Shown here piece by piece: positions 1-11,535 of a stretch of 64,000 bases of DNA. Where the stretch lies: contig NC_043009.1 of assembly GCF_006345805.1 (NCBI RefSeq), positions 11,966,001-12,030,000 of the forward strand, written 5' to 3'. This stretch comes from Octopus sinensis. Taxonomy: Eukaryota. The position numbers and the translations under genes were made by a program. A model generated the notes under the pieces. That model was not told where the DNA came from, ran no database searches, and was given only the letters and a program-made list of their open reading frames with translations. How positions within the stretch are numbered: position 1 is the stretch's first letter; the number at the start of each line of letters is the position of its first letter.

Positions 1-169
1 TGCTGGTGTGTTTACGTTCCCGTAACTTAGCGGTTCGGCAAAAGAGACCGATAGAATAAGTACTAGGCTTACAAAGAATAAGTCCTGGGGTCGATTTGCT
101 CGACTAAAGGCGGTGCTCCAGCATGGCCACAGTCAAATGACTGAAACCAGTAAAAGAGTAAAGAGTAAA
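1..169 (+). mobile_element. SINE family B, 3' half (cut by window edge)
   Basis: Matches the 3' half of full copies at 18176 and 55716; ends in a GAGTAAAA-repeat tail. Confidence 0.85.
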
Positions 170-779
170 GGAAAGAAATATGCAAGAAAGAACGAGAGAA
201 AAGAAGAAAATGAAAAATGAAAGATAAAATAAAATAAAATAAAAACAAAGCAAAGAAAGAAAAAGAACGAAAACAAAGTCGCTAACCCCTACGTCTCGAC
301 ATGTTTTTCGAGTTAGGGCTCACCGCTGCGCGATAAGGTAAGCTCACTATTGGAGCTGAGACTTAAAATGAACAGTGAAGAAGGAAATATCACTGCATGT
401 GTGGATGAATGATTTTTGGAAATGAATGAACGAACGAAGGAAAGGAAACATAAAAACGAAAGAAAGCTTGACTGAAACAAGAAGGTAGAAAGAAGAAAGG
501 CAGAAAACTAGAAAAGGAACGAGGTAGTGTGGACCAAATTGTGCATCAGTTGCAGTTGTATTTGGTAGGAAGTAAGCAGGACATATCTTCTGGAAATTAA
601 ATGTCCAGATGGTCTTACTCATTACCGCTTTTAACTGACACCTCTCTAAACAAACTACTATACTCACACTCGGCGCGTGTGTAAACTGAGGAATGATAGA
701 GGATATAACATCCCAGTGACCTCCCTTGATAGCGGGTTAACTTTACGATATTCGTTGACATGGCTGGTCATTTTCCTTA

Positions 780-1300
780 CCCTAAATCCTCGACTATAAA
801 TCCGCATTTTCCCCCAAAAATTTAAAGGTCAAAATCCCTAGTGCGTTCTATATACGAGGTTAAAAATGAAAAATATTTTCTAAGCAACGTCTGAGTCTCT
901 ACTTGCTGTCTGGCAATGTTTATTCAGATGCATTTTGTGATGTCGGGCGCGAAAATACCTTAAGCTAAGCCTGAAAGCAATGAAGTCATAAAAGAATCAT
1001 CCATAACTGCAGTAAGCAACATTTATTAAAATAAAAGTATTCAGAATACAGAATAACGTGTAACAAAAACAATTTGCAAACATATTTACATTCCCATATA
1101 ACAGTTAAGAACACACCATTACTGTATTACGCATGCGCGGAAGTATTTGTTCGACTAGGTGCTGCTGGCTTAATTACGCGGGATTCAAGTGAGAGGAGTG
1201 GTGTGTATTATATACAAGGCTTAGGTTTTTCAGAGGTATAGCCCCCTACAAATCCCCTGCGTATTATACTCAAGGGTGGACTATACTCGAGGATTTACGG
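780..1300. mobile_element. Non-autonomous Tc1/mariner-superfamily (pogo/Tc2-like) MITE
   Basis: Imperfect TIRs CCCTAAATCCTCGACTATA / TATACTCGAGGATTTACGG; TA on both flanks (778-779, 1301-1302); no ORF. Confidence 0.75.
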
Positions 1301-1502
1301 TATTACTTTTTGTGATTTTCTCTCTTTATTCCTGTTGTTTAACATCACTGAATGCGTTCATTTATCTAATGTTCCTTTTATTGCATGATTTGAACGAGAT
1401 TTGTCAGTCAAGATGAATTACCGCGTAAGTGGCTCTTTTTTGTATAGCTCATCAGTTTTGTACTATGTGCTTGTTAGAATGGCAAAATTTAAAGAATATT
1501 TA

Positions 1503-1718
1503 TTTGACATTAATAATTATTGCCAAGCTAATATAGCAGTCCATAAATATAGGACGGAAGCTGCCGTTGATTAGCTGCAAGAGGCCATCGCCTCGAGCTA
1601 GCTATGTGACACACGAACCTGTGTATACCGTGATGGCCTCTTGGAGCTAATCAACGGCAGCTTTCGTCCTATGTTTATGAACTGCCATATTAGCTTGGCG
1701 ATAACTATTAATGTCCAG
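1503..1718. mobile_element. Foldback MITE with ~90-bp inverted arms
   Basis: Arms ~1503-1595 and ~1630-1718 are near-complementary (e.g. GCTGCCGTTGATTAGCT / AGCTAATCAACGGCAGC); TA at 1501-1502 and 1719-1720. Confidence 0.75.
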
Positions 1719-1935
1719 TACCACTGCCGTAGTCTCCTTTAGAGAGAAATAATAATATTTATATTTGACATTATCAAAGAGGAAAAAATTAAAAAAGGTA
1801 TTTAATTAGAAAGAAAGAACAAAAAAATTGCAAAGGCTGTTTAAGTACAATCAGCCGTCACTGCGATCGAGTATGACTTAATAGCATGAACATACACCAG
1901 GACGAAGGACTATGTATATATTCAGTCGTATTAAG

Positions 1936-2002
<67 letters not shown>

Positions 2003-2005
<3 letters not shown>

Positions 2006-2162
2006 TCTCCTTGTTCTTCTCCATGTTTTTTCTGTGTCCCTTTCTGTAGAAGAGCGTAGGCTCGAAACGTAAAAGACTTTTTCTATTCCTGAGCGTTATA
2101 CTAATACATCTGCTTGTTTTGTACACCACCTGTCTTCGGCTTTTGTTTTTTTCGTAAACTCT

Positions 2163-2169
<7 letters not shown>
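2003..2169 (+). mobile_element. Family H repeat (Penelope-like terminus) with hammerhead-like motif
   Basis: Near-identical to 12320-12490 and reverse-complementary to 39075-39240; flanked by (TA)n. Confidence 0.65.
2036..2077 (+). ncRNA. Minimal type I hammerhead-like motif with variant core
   Basis: CUUU-CUGUAGA-A-GAGC(GUAG)GCUC-GAAA-C-GUA-AAAG: perfect 4-bp stem II, ACGU palindrome, 4-bp stem I; core position 6 is U rather than A. Confidence 0.5.
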
Positions 2170-2247
<78 letters not shown>

Positions 2248-2585
2248 AAGATAGAGAGAGAATGTATAGGTAGATAGATAGAGATGGAGAGAGAAGAGTG
2301 TGCCTGTGTCAGAGAGAAACAAAGAGACAGAAGCAAATAACAAAAGAGAAATAGAATGAGTGAGTGAGAGTGAGTGAGTGAGCGAGTGAGTGAGTGAGTG
2401 AGTGAGTGAGTGAGTGAGTGAGTGAGTGTGTGAGAGAGTGAGTGAGTGAGTGGGTGGGTGAGTGAATGGGAAAAGAAGACGGAGTATAAGGGAACAAGCG
2501 AGAGAGAGAGAGATTGAATAAAGATACGCCATGAAAGGTGGGAGAGAAGAAAAGGAGGAGGAGGAGGAGGAGGAGGAGGAGGAAA
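2168..2585. repeat. Compound microsatellite (TA)n/(GA)n/(GAGT)n/(GGA)n
   Basis: Directly visible; explains ORFs 1878-2819, 2101-2610 and 2309-2620. Confidence 0.95.
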
Positions 2586-3803
2586 AGAAAACATTGACAA
2601 AAGAGCACACAAAAGCACAAAAGAAAAGGAAAAAAAGTAGAGAAATATACGACGATTTCTAAGATGAGGAGAGAGTGGCGGGGGGGGGGGCGAAGAATTA
2701 TAGACTGAAAGAGTCAACAAAGAGCTATTTCTTGGGTTTTGGAAGAATCTGAGAGAGAAAGCTGTAGAGCTGATCGTAGGTTCACGTTTGCAACCAGGCA
2801 CTCTGGCTGAAAATAACATTGTCTATAGGAAAATTAAATCAAAGATAAATTGGTTTACACAAGTGCACTCAACGACTCTTGATTATGTAAGTTTACGTTA
2901 CAGTAAGACATAGACTTGGCAGCCATAACCGCAAACGCATACAATGCATGCAATGTTTAAGCGAACGCGGCGCGGGCGCGCGATTACACACGCAGACACA
3001 CATACACTCACGCAGACACACGGATATTCATATATATTTATATAACAGTGATAGAGAAAGGGAGGGAGAGGCAGTAATAAATGTTTAACATATATTGCAC
3101 TAAGATTACATATAGAAATATTCAAGTAAGTGCACTCAGATACACTGACATATACACATACATAAGCATATACATACACATACATACATACATATACACA
3201 TTCATAAGCAAACATATACACATACATGCATATACGCATACATAAGCATACAGATATACATACATATATACATACATAAGTATACATAATCATACATATA
3301 CTCATACATAAGCATACATATACACATACATACTGACATATACACATACATAAGCATATGTACTCCTTCGTGTACACACACACACACACACACGCACACA
3401 CTTGTTCGATAGATAGATACATACACGCACATACACGTATAGTTGTACTTAACTAAGCCCGTAAAGGTATACTCGGACAGACCCGTTTATGAATATATAA
3501 TTAACTGTTCCATTATAGGCAAAATCAACAAAAAAGTACTCCATCAAATGAAGGATGAATGCATCATTTAATACACACAATATAAAAAATAAAGGCTACC
3601 AATGGTCTCATGCCACGGAGACACGCTCAATTAGCAGATATCTATAATTTACCTTGTACCAGCGCCCTGGCTTTAGAACAGGACTGACGATGTGCACTGA
3701 GCTTGAAAGACTGCTTGGACACACAAGTCATGTTATGTAAGTCTGCTGAATAACCGTGTTTCAACGGCATGAAACCATTAGCAGCTCTTATTTTGATACA
3801 GTG

Positions 3804-3834
<31 letters not shown>

Positions 3835-3852
3835 GTGTGCGTGTGTGTGTGT

Positions 3853-4056
3853 ACAAGACCTGAAATTTTGGGCAGGGGCTACTTGATCGCACCGATGCCA
3901 GTGCGTAACTGATACTTTTTTTTTTCCATCGACCTCGAAGAGATGAAAAATCAAAGTTAACCTCAGCGGAATTTGAACTCAGAACGTAAAAACGGATGAA
4001 ATGCAGCGAAGCAGTTTAATCTGACATGCTAACGATTCTGCCAGCTCGTCGCCTTA
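3853..4056 (-). mobile_element. Older SINE A-related copy (A2)
   Basis: Diverged tRNA-like head (GGCGACGAGCTGGCAGAATCGTTAG...GAGTTCAAATTCC on minus) plus the family central domain. Confidence 0.75.
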
Positions 4057-4630
4057 ATAATATTACTAAAAATAATGATAATAATAACAACAACAACAAC
4101 AACAACAATAATAATGATAATAATAATAATAATAAATAAGTAAATAAATAAATAGATAGATGAATAAATAAATGAATAGCTAAAACGTTTGTGCGTTTAG
4201 ATATCTTGAAGGTGGCTAAATCAAGGAGCAGACGACAGGTTATTAAATCGTATGCTTCATTACAATGCTTCGTTACAAAACTGAAGATATCTGCATTTGT
4301 GAATGTTAAATGTGAGTCTTATTTCCTTTTAATGGCGAGGGGTCATCAAGTACAACTTATCATTTTTTTTTTCTAGAACAGTCGGCTATTTAGAAGCACG
4401 TACGTTTGTAATTATGGTAAATTATATGTTGAAAAACAAAAATATTAACTAGCCTATTCGTTAAGATGCTGGCCTACCAGGTAAATGCCCGATAGATTGC
4501 GCCTCATCACAAATGCTGAAACAATTAAGTAATATTAGTTCTCTCACTAGAAATGGTAAATAGCTGTTTCTAATTTGGGCCCAAGGACGTGCATTTTGAG
4601 AGCATAGGTGAGTCGATTACATCGATCCTA

Positions 4631-4975
4631 GGAATCTTTTCGGTTTGAACGGCAGTTTTTTAAAATAATTTCCACGCAACTAAACACTTTCAAACTTCGT
4701 ATACTGGTAGAATGTGTTTATAAAACATCTTTTTCCCTTGGCTTTATTGAGAAAATTCTATAGTTTGTAAGATATTTGTTGTTATTCTTCTTCAGTTTCT
4801 GCAATTTCAACCAATCAATGACGTCTATGAGGTGAAAACATTCTGTGCCATATGAATATGTACCTCGTTATTTACATTTCTGAAGAAAAAAAGATACCCT
4901 TCCCCCCAACCCCAACCCTAACCTAACCCTAACCTAACCCTAAACCAACCCTAACCCTAAAACAGATTGAAATGC
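4631..4975. mobile_element. Truncated copy of the TTAGGG-containing MITE
   Basis: Reverse complement of the right ~340 bp of 53658-54080; one TIR (GGAATCTTTTCGGTTTGAACGGCAGTTTT); CCCTAA-like repeats at ~4905-4960. Confidence 0.8.
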
Positions 4976-5262
4976 GAACCCATAGAAAACGAACCTCCAC
5001 CAACTATTCTCTCTATATGTCTCTGCACACCTTTCAATGCAGTGTATGCCAAAAGATTTGCAAATCTAACGGAGGCTTCAAAAAACATTTTAAGACCCAC
5101 AAAGAGCAGAACTTATCTGCAGCACTTGTTGGTCCAAATCGGATGTGCAATCTATGTGGGTGTATTTTCAGAACATTAAAAAGCCACATCAGATGCCATG
5201 ATGGTTTTAGAGTGTAGGTACAGGAGGTGGTCAAATTCTGTATAAGAAGTAGACAACAACCA
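4976..5262 (+). mobile_element. C2H2 zinc-finger-encoding fragment, probably the 3' end of an RTE-type LINE
   Basis: CSVCQKICKSNGGFKKHFKTH is a C-x2-C-x12-H-x3-H finger; second finger shortened (x9); no TGEKP linker; followed by an (ATGT)n tract that could be the tail. Confidence 0.55.
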
Positions 5263-5284
5263 TGTATGTATGTATGTATGTATG

Positions 5285-5316
<32 letters not shown>

Positions 5317-5430
5317 CATGCATGTATGTATGTATGCATGTATGTGTGTATGTATGTATGTATGTATGTATGTATGTATGTATGTATGTATGCATGCATG
5401 TATGTCTGTCTGTTCGTCTATCTATCTATA

Positions 5431-5513
<83 letters not shown>

Positions 5514-5530
5514 ATACATACATACATACT
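5262..5530. repeat. (TATG)n/(TATC)n/(TA)n microsatellite
   Basis: Directly visible. Confidence 0.95.
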
Positions 5531-6555
5531 TACATATATACATACTTACATGTATAGATACATGTGAAAAGAAATAGGGCAGTTAAGCAAAAATAGCTAA
5601 CCTTGAAGAAAATACCTAATAAGTATCTTATGATTAAAGTGTTTGGTCACGTAGCAAAAAAGTATATGGGGCGGGAGGAGAACAGTTGATGTCGGTTGTA
5701 CATGAAAAGGTTAAAGCTATTCTGCAGAAAATATATATAATAAATACATAAATAAATCAATGAATGAAACAAAATACAAAATAAACAAAGCTAAAACACT
5801 TCATGCCTGTAATGTTATCGATACAGTTTACAGCTGGGCATCGTCAGAAGTATTAATCCAAACAAAACGGAAGCAGATACGAAATAATCTATTCCAAACG
5901 TTAAGACAATGTGTTTGGGATTTAAGGAGAGGATTAAGCATAATTATTAGCCTAAAAGGGAAACAATATGGAGAAGGAATTCGATCAATATTGATGAATA
6001 AATAGTTAAAAGAATCTTGAAAAACTGGTGATCTTAATATGCGTTATTTGTTGATCATAAAAATCCGGGGGGAAATGTCAAGAATAAAGCGGTTACGACA
6101 ACAACAACAAAAAAAAGGGAAGAAAGAAATGGAGATACAGGTGATATAGATAATTCTTTACCAAATCAATTTTGTGAAAAGGTAATAGAAAGCCTCTACA
6201 AATTGTACATTGAAATCTGGAAGATAAAATCTGTGCAATCAGTTACCTATGATCAACAAGACTCTAGTAAGGAAGAATATCTTCTTTCCAAGATTATCTG
6301 ATACATAACAATGGCTCTACATTGTTAGGTTTCATGTAACAAAGACATTTCCTGTCTTTAGCAAAACATATAACACAACATATTGATATATATTCATTTA
6401 TTTGTTTATTTTTGGTATAAAGCCAAAAGTTTATAAAGGGACAAGTTATCGACTCAATAAACTTCTAGTCGCTTTTTAGCGTTCTTATAGGGATGAAAAG
6501 CAGAGTTCACTCCACTTGATTTGAAGCCAGAATATTAAGGAATATATGTTTCATT

Positions 6556-6660
6556 ATTACCCACAAGGGGCTAAACATAGAGGGGACAAACAAAGACAGA
6601 CAAACGGATTAAGTCGATTACATCAACCCCAGTGCGTAACTGGTACTTAATTTTATCGAC
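6556..6660 (-). mobile_element. SINE A 3' fragment
   Basis: Matches the reverse complement of the family A tail. Confidence 0.8.
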
Positions 6661-7130
6661 TCCTAATCTTAAATTTCGCGTGTAGCAGCGCTATAGGGAG
6701 GAAATTGCCAATGCTATTTCTGTTTCTTTTATGTACATCCTTCCTCAGTAAACACACCAATAAACCGGCTAACACAACTGAAAAACTTCTAAGGCTGTTC
6801 CGATAGATATCTTGTCTATGATGCATTCATAAAGCTCGTTGGGCAAACCATAGAATTTATCCCTTGCACTATTAGCAATATTCACTCTTTCTAGCGAGAG
6901 CCGCGGCAAGCTGCTGATGTAAAATCTAATGTCCACTGTATTTGTTTCATCTACACTCCAAAACAGAAAAATGTACTTTCTGGAAAATATCCCACATGCA
7001 CCTATCGTGGCCAGTTAAAAACCTAGATGTATTTTTGATCCCATTCTTGAGTGATACTTTTTTTTTTTATTAAACCGGAAAAGACGAAGAGAAAAATTCA
7101 ACTTAGTAGTAACGGAATAAGTCACAGATA

Positions 7131-7494
7131 TCTCTATATATACAAACGGCAAATGTGTGTGTGTGTGTGTCCTTTATACAAATCCAAAATTTTTCAGTTA
7201 GAGGGCTCGCACTTTCTATGGTCATTCAAAACCGTCCAAGGTGGTCGTGCACATCTTTACATTTCCCCAGTCACCCCGCAAAGCCATTAAAAAATCAATA
7301 GAAGTGACTTTTTTTGTGAATTTTCTATCCAAAACCCAATCAAAATGGCCGAACTTGATACGCCAATTGAATGCCAGCTAGCTGTATGTGATTGGTCAGA
7401 GATTTGGACAGTACTCGCGTGTATGTGCACACGCATGCAGCTGTATATGCATGCACTAGCACTATGACCCGTCGTTGCCGGGTAATAGTGCTAG
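7131..7494 (+). mobile_element. Non-autonomous Helitron
   Basis: A|TC start, CTAG|T end, terminal hairpin CTAGCACTATGACCCG...CGGGTAATAGTGCTAG, no TSD; second copy at 11178. Confidence 0.8.
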
Positions 7495-8295
7495 TATGTG
7501 TTAAGTGATCACCGGGATAGTTTATGCATTTAATGATCAACGCTAGTGACTGCTGCAGAAAATGTGTTGTTACTGTCAAATATATCTCAATAATCTTCTG
7601 TAAATTAACTGATACAATTTCAAGCAGGAATTGAAACGAGGTTGTAGAGTCAGTTGGAAAGCTTACATCCTATTCCGCTAACTAACAGAATATGTAGATA
7701 TACACATAAATTCATATCAAAGTGTTACAGCTAATGAATATTATTTTTAGCTTGATTACATTGTTACAACTTGAGTTGGGTGGGGTTATTTATTGTAAGT
7801 AGATTGTACAGATGATAGCTGTATGGCGCCATACAGTAAAGTTATTGTAGATGCTGTCTATTGCATCACCCCAGTAACTTGGTTGAGATATTATCAGGGT
7901 ACTTTACAGGTGTTACAATCAGAGTACCGTACAAGTAAATTGAGCTAGAACAATCAGGGCAGCATGCTTGTAAATTGAGCTAAAATAACTAGCAAGTTAA
8001 TATACGATACCATCCAGAAGCTACCCTAAGAGTTACTAAATGGGTACAGAAAGTGAGTTGTGCAAAAAAAAAAAAAATAAAGGGAGATTTTCCTGGTGCT
8101 ATCTTGGTAACAAGCACGTGCATTGTTCTAGGAACTGTCATTAGATCGCTATAGAAAATAAATTTCCTCCTATGCTCAATCAGAAAATGGTAACACTTAG
8201 CATACAAGTTTCCTCTAATACATTGCAGAATAAAGAATGCACCAAATGCAATATGACATCAACTGTAAAATGTTGCATCAGAAATTAGATATCAT

Positions 8296-8896
8296 AAGGC
8301 GGTGAGATAGCAGAAACGTTAGCGCGCCGGGCGAAATGCTTAGCGGTATTTCGTCTGCCACTACGTTCTGAGTTCAAATTCCGCCAAGGTCGACTTTGCC
8401 TTTGATCCTTTCGGGGTCGATTAAATAAGTACCAGTTACGCACAGGGGTCGATATAATCGACTTAATCCGTTTGTCTGTCCTTGTTAACCCTCTCTGTGT
8501 TTATCCCCTTGTGGGTAGTAAAGAAATAGGTATTTCGTCTACCGTTGCGTTCTGAGTTCAAATTCAGCCGAGGTCAACTTTGCCTTTCATCCTTTCGGGG
8601 TCGATTAAATAAGTACCAGTTACGCACTGAGGTCGATATAATCGACTTAATGCGTTTGTCTGTCCTTGTTTGTCCTCTCTGTGTTTAGCCACTTGTGGGT
8701 AGTAAAGAAACAGGTATTTCCTCTGCCGTTACGTCCTCAGTTTAAATTCCGCCGAAGTCGATTTTGCCTTTCATCCTTTCGGGGTCGATTAAATAAGTAC
8801 CAGTTACGCACTGGGGTCGATATAATCGACTTAATCCGTTTGTCTGTCCTTGTTTGTCCCCTCTGTGTGTACCCCTTGTGGGTAGTAAAGAAATAG
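8296..8896 (+). mobile_element. SINE A trimer (one tRNA head plus three ~184-bp units)
   Basis: A-box/B-box head, then unit junctions AAATAG|GTATTTC at 8529/8530 and AAACAG|GTATTTC at 8713/8714. Confidence 0.9.
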
Positions 8897-9503
8897 ATGT
8901 GAATCGTATCATACAACATCCGGCAAAGTCTTTTTTTATATTTATATCCCTTATATTTACTAGTTTGCATCGCCACTAATTTTCTATAGCATATGGTGTA
9001 TATATGCAGGACACCGCAATAGATGCTCTATGACTATGATATAGACATGTCATAGAATGGCACACTGAGTGCACTTTATAATCATGCATGCACACGTTCG
9101 TAGCAAATATTAGATGAAATATAACACAGGCATCTTGCAGCATGAAGTGGGTCACATCACCATTGATCATGTGATAATTTGGATGCATGCTACACGTGAA
9201 ATGCATGACTATGCCTGTATAAAGCTGCATATGTCTCCGTGGTTATTAAAATCGCTGTATTATAGATCACACCAATTTTGTAGTATGTACCATCTTCCAT
9301 ATTGCATCTTTCGTATTGCAGAATGCGTTAACATGTGCTTGTGGTTTGTGCAAGAAGCCTGGATGCAGCTATTTTAGCGTGCACGATGTACTATGCACTT
9401 GTATAGATATATTGCAGTATTTGGTGCAAAGGTAGCAGTTCGTAATATACAAAACCATTTATTTTATAGACTGCAATGTATACTATATATTATAGCTGAA
9501 GGT

Positions 9504-9828
9504 GAGGCGCATGGTTCAGTGGTTAAAGTGTCAGGCCCATGATCATGAGGTAGTGAGTTCGATTCCCTGACCAAGCTGTGTTGTGTTCTTGAGCAAGGTA
9601 CTTTACTTCACGTTGCTCCAATTCACTCAGCTGTCGAAATGAGTTGCGACATCAAGCAGTATTAGCCTTTACCTTTCCTTTGGATAACATCGGTGTTGTG
9701 AAGAGGGCAGGCTGGTATGCGTGGGCGACTGCTGGTCTTCCATAAAAAAACAACCTTGCCCGGACTCGTGCCTCGGAGGATAAATTTCTAGGTGCATGGT
9801 CATTCGTGACCGAAGGGGGTCTTTATAG
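9504..9828 (+). mobile_element. SINE family C (tRNA-derived)
   Basis: GGCGCATGGTTCAGTGG (A box), GAGTTCGATTCC (B box), TTCTTGAGCAAG motif shared with 19027 and 57721. Confidence 0.8.
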
Positions 9829-10714
9829 TTGAAGATAACGTATCATGCTAATTATAGCGAATCAGCTGGATCTCAGAAAGCAACGATGAACTGGGTCAGC
9901 AAATAGTTAAACGAAGGGGAAAATTTTATTTTGTTGTTGGGAAAAGAAGGCGAAGAACCCTGTCCCAAAACGTTGGATTTCACTTTCTTACAATAACTTG
10001 ATTTGTTACATAGTTTGTGAACTTTTAATACGAATAATATCAACATGATATAACATTCTCTACAAAATACTGCAGAATCAATTATGCCATACAAAATATT
10101 ACACTGTATGCTGTGTAATATTCTGTAGTGCAATGTTTTACCGAAATGTTATAAATGATCTCCCTAAATGAAGAGTCTCTGATCGTTTCCTGTCACATGC
10201 AGTCGTTAGGTTTCCGTGAATATTGGATTGGATTCGTAGATATTTATTTTGTATTCGAAGCATCTAATGTGATTAAAGTTCACAAGTGAAACTGAAAATG
10301 CAACAATAAATATACAACATTGAAAAGCAAATTTACTGCGGTATTCGTTTAGAGATAACATCTTTTATTGACAAGCTATATCTAAAAATAAAACATATAT
10401 CAGATGGAGAGGAAAATCGTCCAACAAGTGGCTCGCAGGAACGCAATTTGCATTTTAGCTTAGTCGGGCCTTATTGATGGCATGTACCCACAGCCAACCA
10501 TATGCCAAGATGTGATTCACTACCTTCGATTATAAGAGATATTATCTCTAGATGAATGCAACTGAAACTTGTCTTTCAATGGTATATACACGTTAAAAAT
10601 GATACATAGCTAGCTATATTAAACTAATATTGCTTCAAAAGCATATACCGAAAGCAAAAAAAAAAAAATTTAGCTGAAATTAAGAAAGAAACAAAACTGA
10701 GCAAAAAAACTTAC

Positions 10715-11005
10715 CGGCCACGCGAAGGAAAACGGCAATTCAATGGTTCTAATGACGTTGGCATGAGATCCGAGATGAAATGTGCTTTCTCCCAAAACTG
10801 GGGTCATATCAGCACCAAAAGTACATTTAGAATCCAACGGGGGTGGATTTTGGTAATGCATCAAGCATATGGAAAAGTAAGTGCGACACTTTTGTGAGCA
10901 AACAGAATTTTCAGTGATACCTTCGCAACATGTTCGCGTTTGGGTGATGCTGTCGCTGTTATAGAAAGAAACTATCCGGACTTCGAATACACCTATGCCG
11001 CTCAC
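10715..11005 (-). CDS. Delta: Internal coding exon of a Delta-type (DSL) Notch ligand, N-terminal MNNL/C2 domain
   Basis: 97 aa VSGIGVFEVRIVSF...TCCEG...CSQKCRTYFSICLMHYQ...CTFGADMTPVLG...FSFAWP with six conserved Cys; polypyrimidine acceptor ctctctttacag|GTG and donor CCG|gtaagt, both phase 0, as in DLL1 exon 2 (V..SGVFE start, WP end). HYQ favours Delta over Serrate/Jagged. Confidence 0.9.
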
Positions 11006-11177
11006 CTGTAAAGAGAGACAGGACACAATAGATTATTAACAGTAATAGGAAGAACACTGGAACTAAGGAGAGAGAGGATAAGGTGATGGAGGAAGATGAA
11101 GTGGATAATACATACATACATACATACAAACACACATGCATACATACATAGGTAAATAAAAACTTATAAGTATATTA

Positions 11178-11535
11178 TCTGTATATATATAAACGACAAA
11201 ATGTCTCTGTGTGTGTGTATCCTTTATACAAATCCACAATTTTTCAGTTCGAGGGCTTGCACTTTCTCTTGTCATTTAAAACTTTCCAAGGGTGGTTGTG
11301 CACATCTTTACATTTCCCCAGTCACCCCGCAAAGCCATTAAAAAAATCAATAGAAGTGACTATTTTTTGTGAATTTTCTATCCAAAACCCAATCAAAATG
11401 CCCGAAACTTGATATGCCAATTGAATGCCAGCTAGCTGTATGTGATTGGTCGGAGATTTGGACAGTACTCGCGTGTATGTGCGCACGCACCCAGCTGTAT
11501 ATGCATACACTAGCGTTGCCGGGTCATAGTGCTAG
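11178..11535 (+). mobile_element. Non-autonomous Helitron, second copy
   Basis: Highly similar to 7131-7494; A|TC start and CTAG|T end; left hairpin arm partly deleted. Confidence 0.8.

Noticed and set aside
4905-4960. True telomere or chromosome-fusion scar
   Set aside because: The repeats are short, imperfect and internal to a MITE present twice in the window.
8296-8896. CRISPR-like or prokaryotic repeat arrays
   Set aside because: The units are contiguous SINE bodies without unique spacers, in a eukaryotic context.
10523-10548. Minus-strand EIISLIIEG resembling Delta exon 3 (GTFSLIIEA)
   Set aside because: The TAG acceptor gives an immediate stop in phase 0. Only a disfavoured GAG acceptor fits, the donor is weak, and the downstream sequence has no Delta similarity. 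RNA-seq would settle it.
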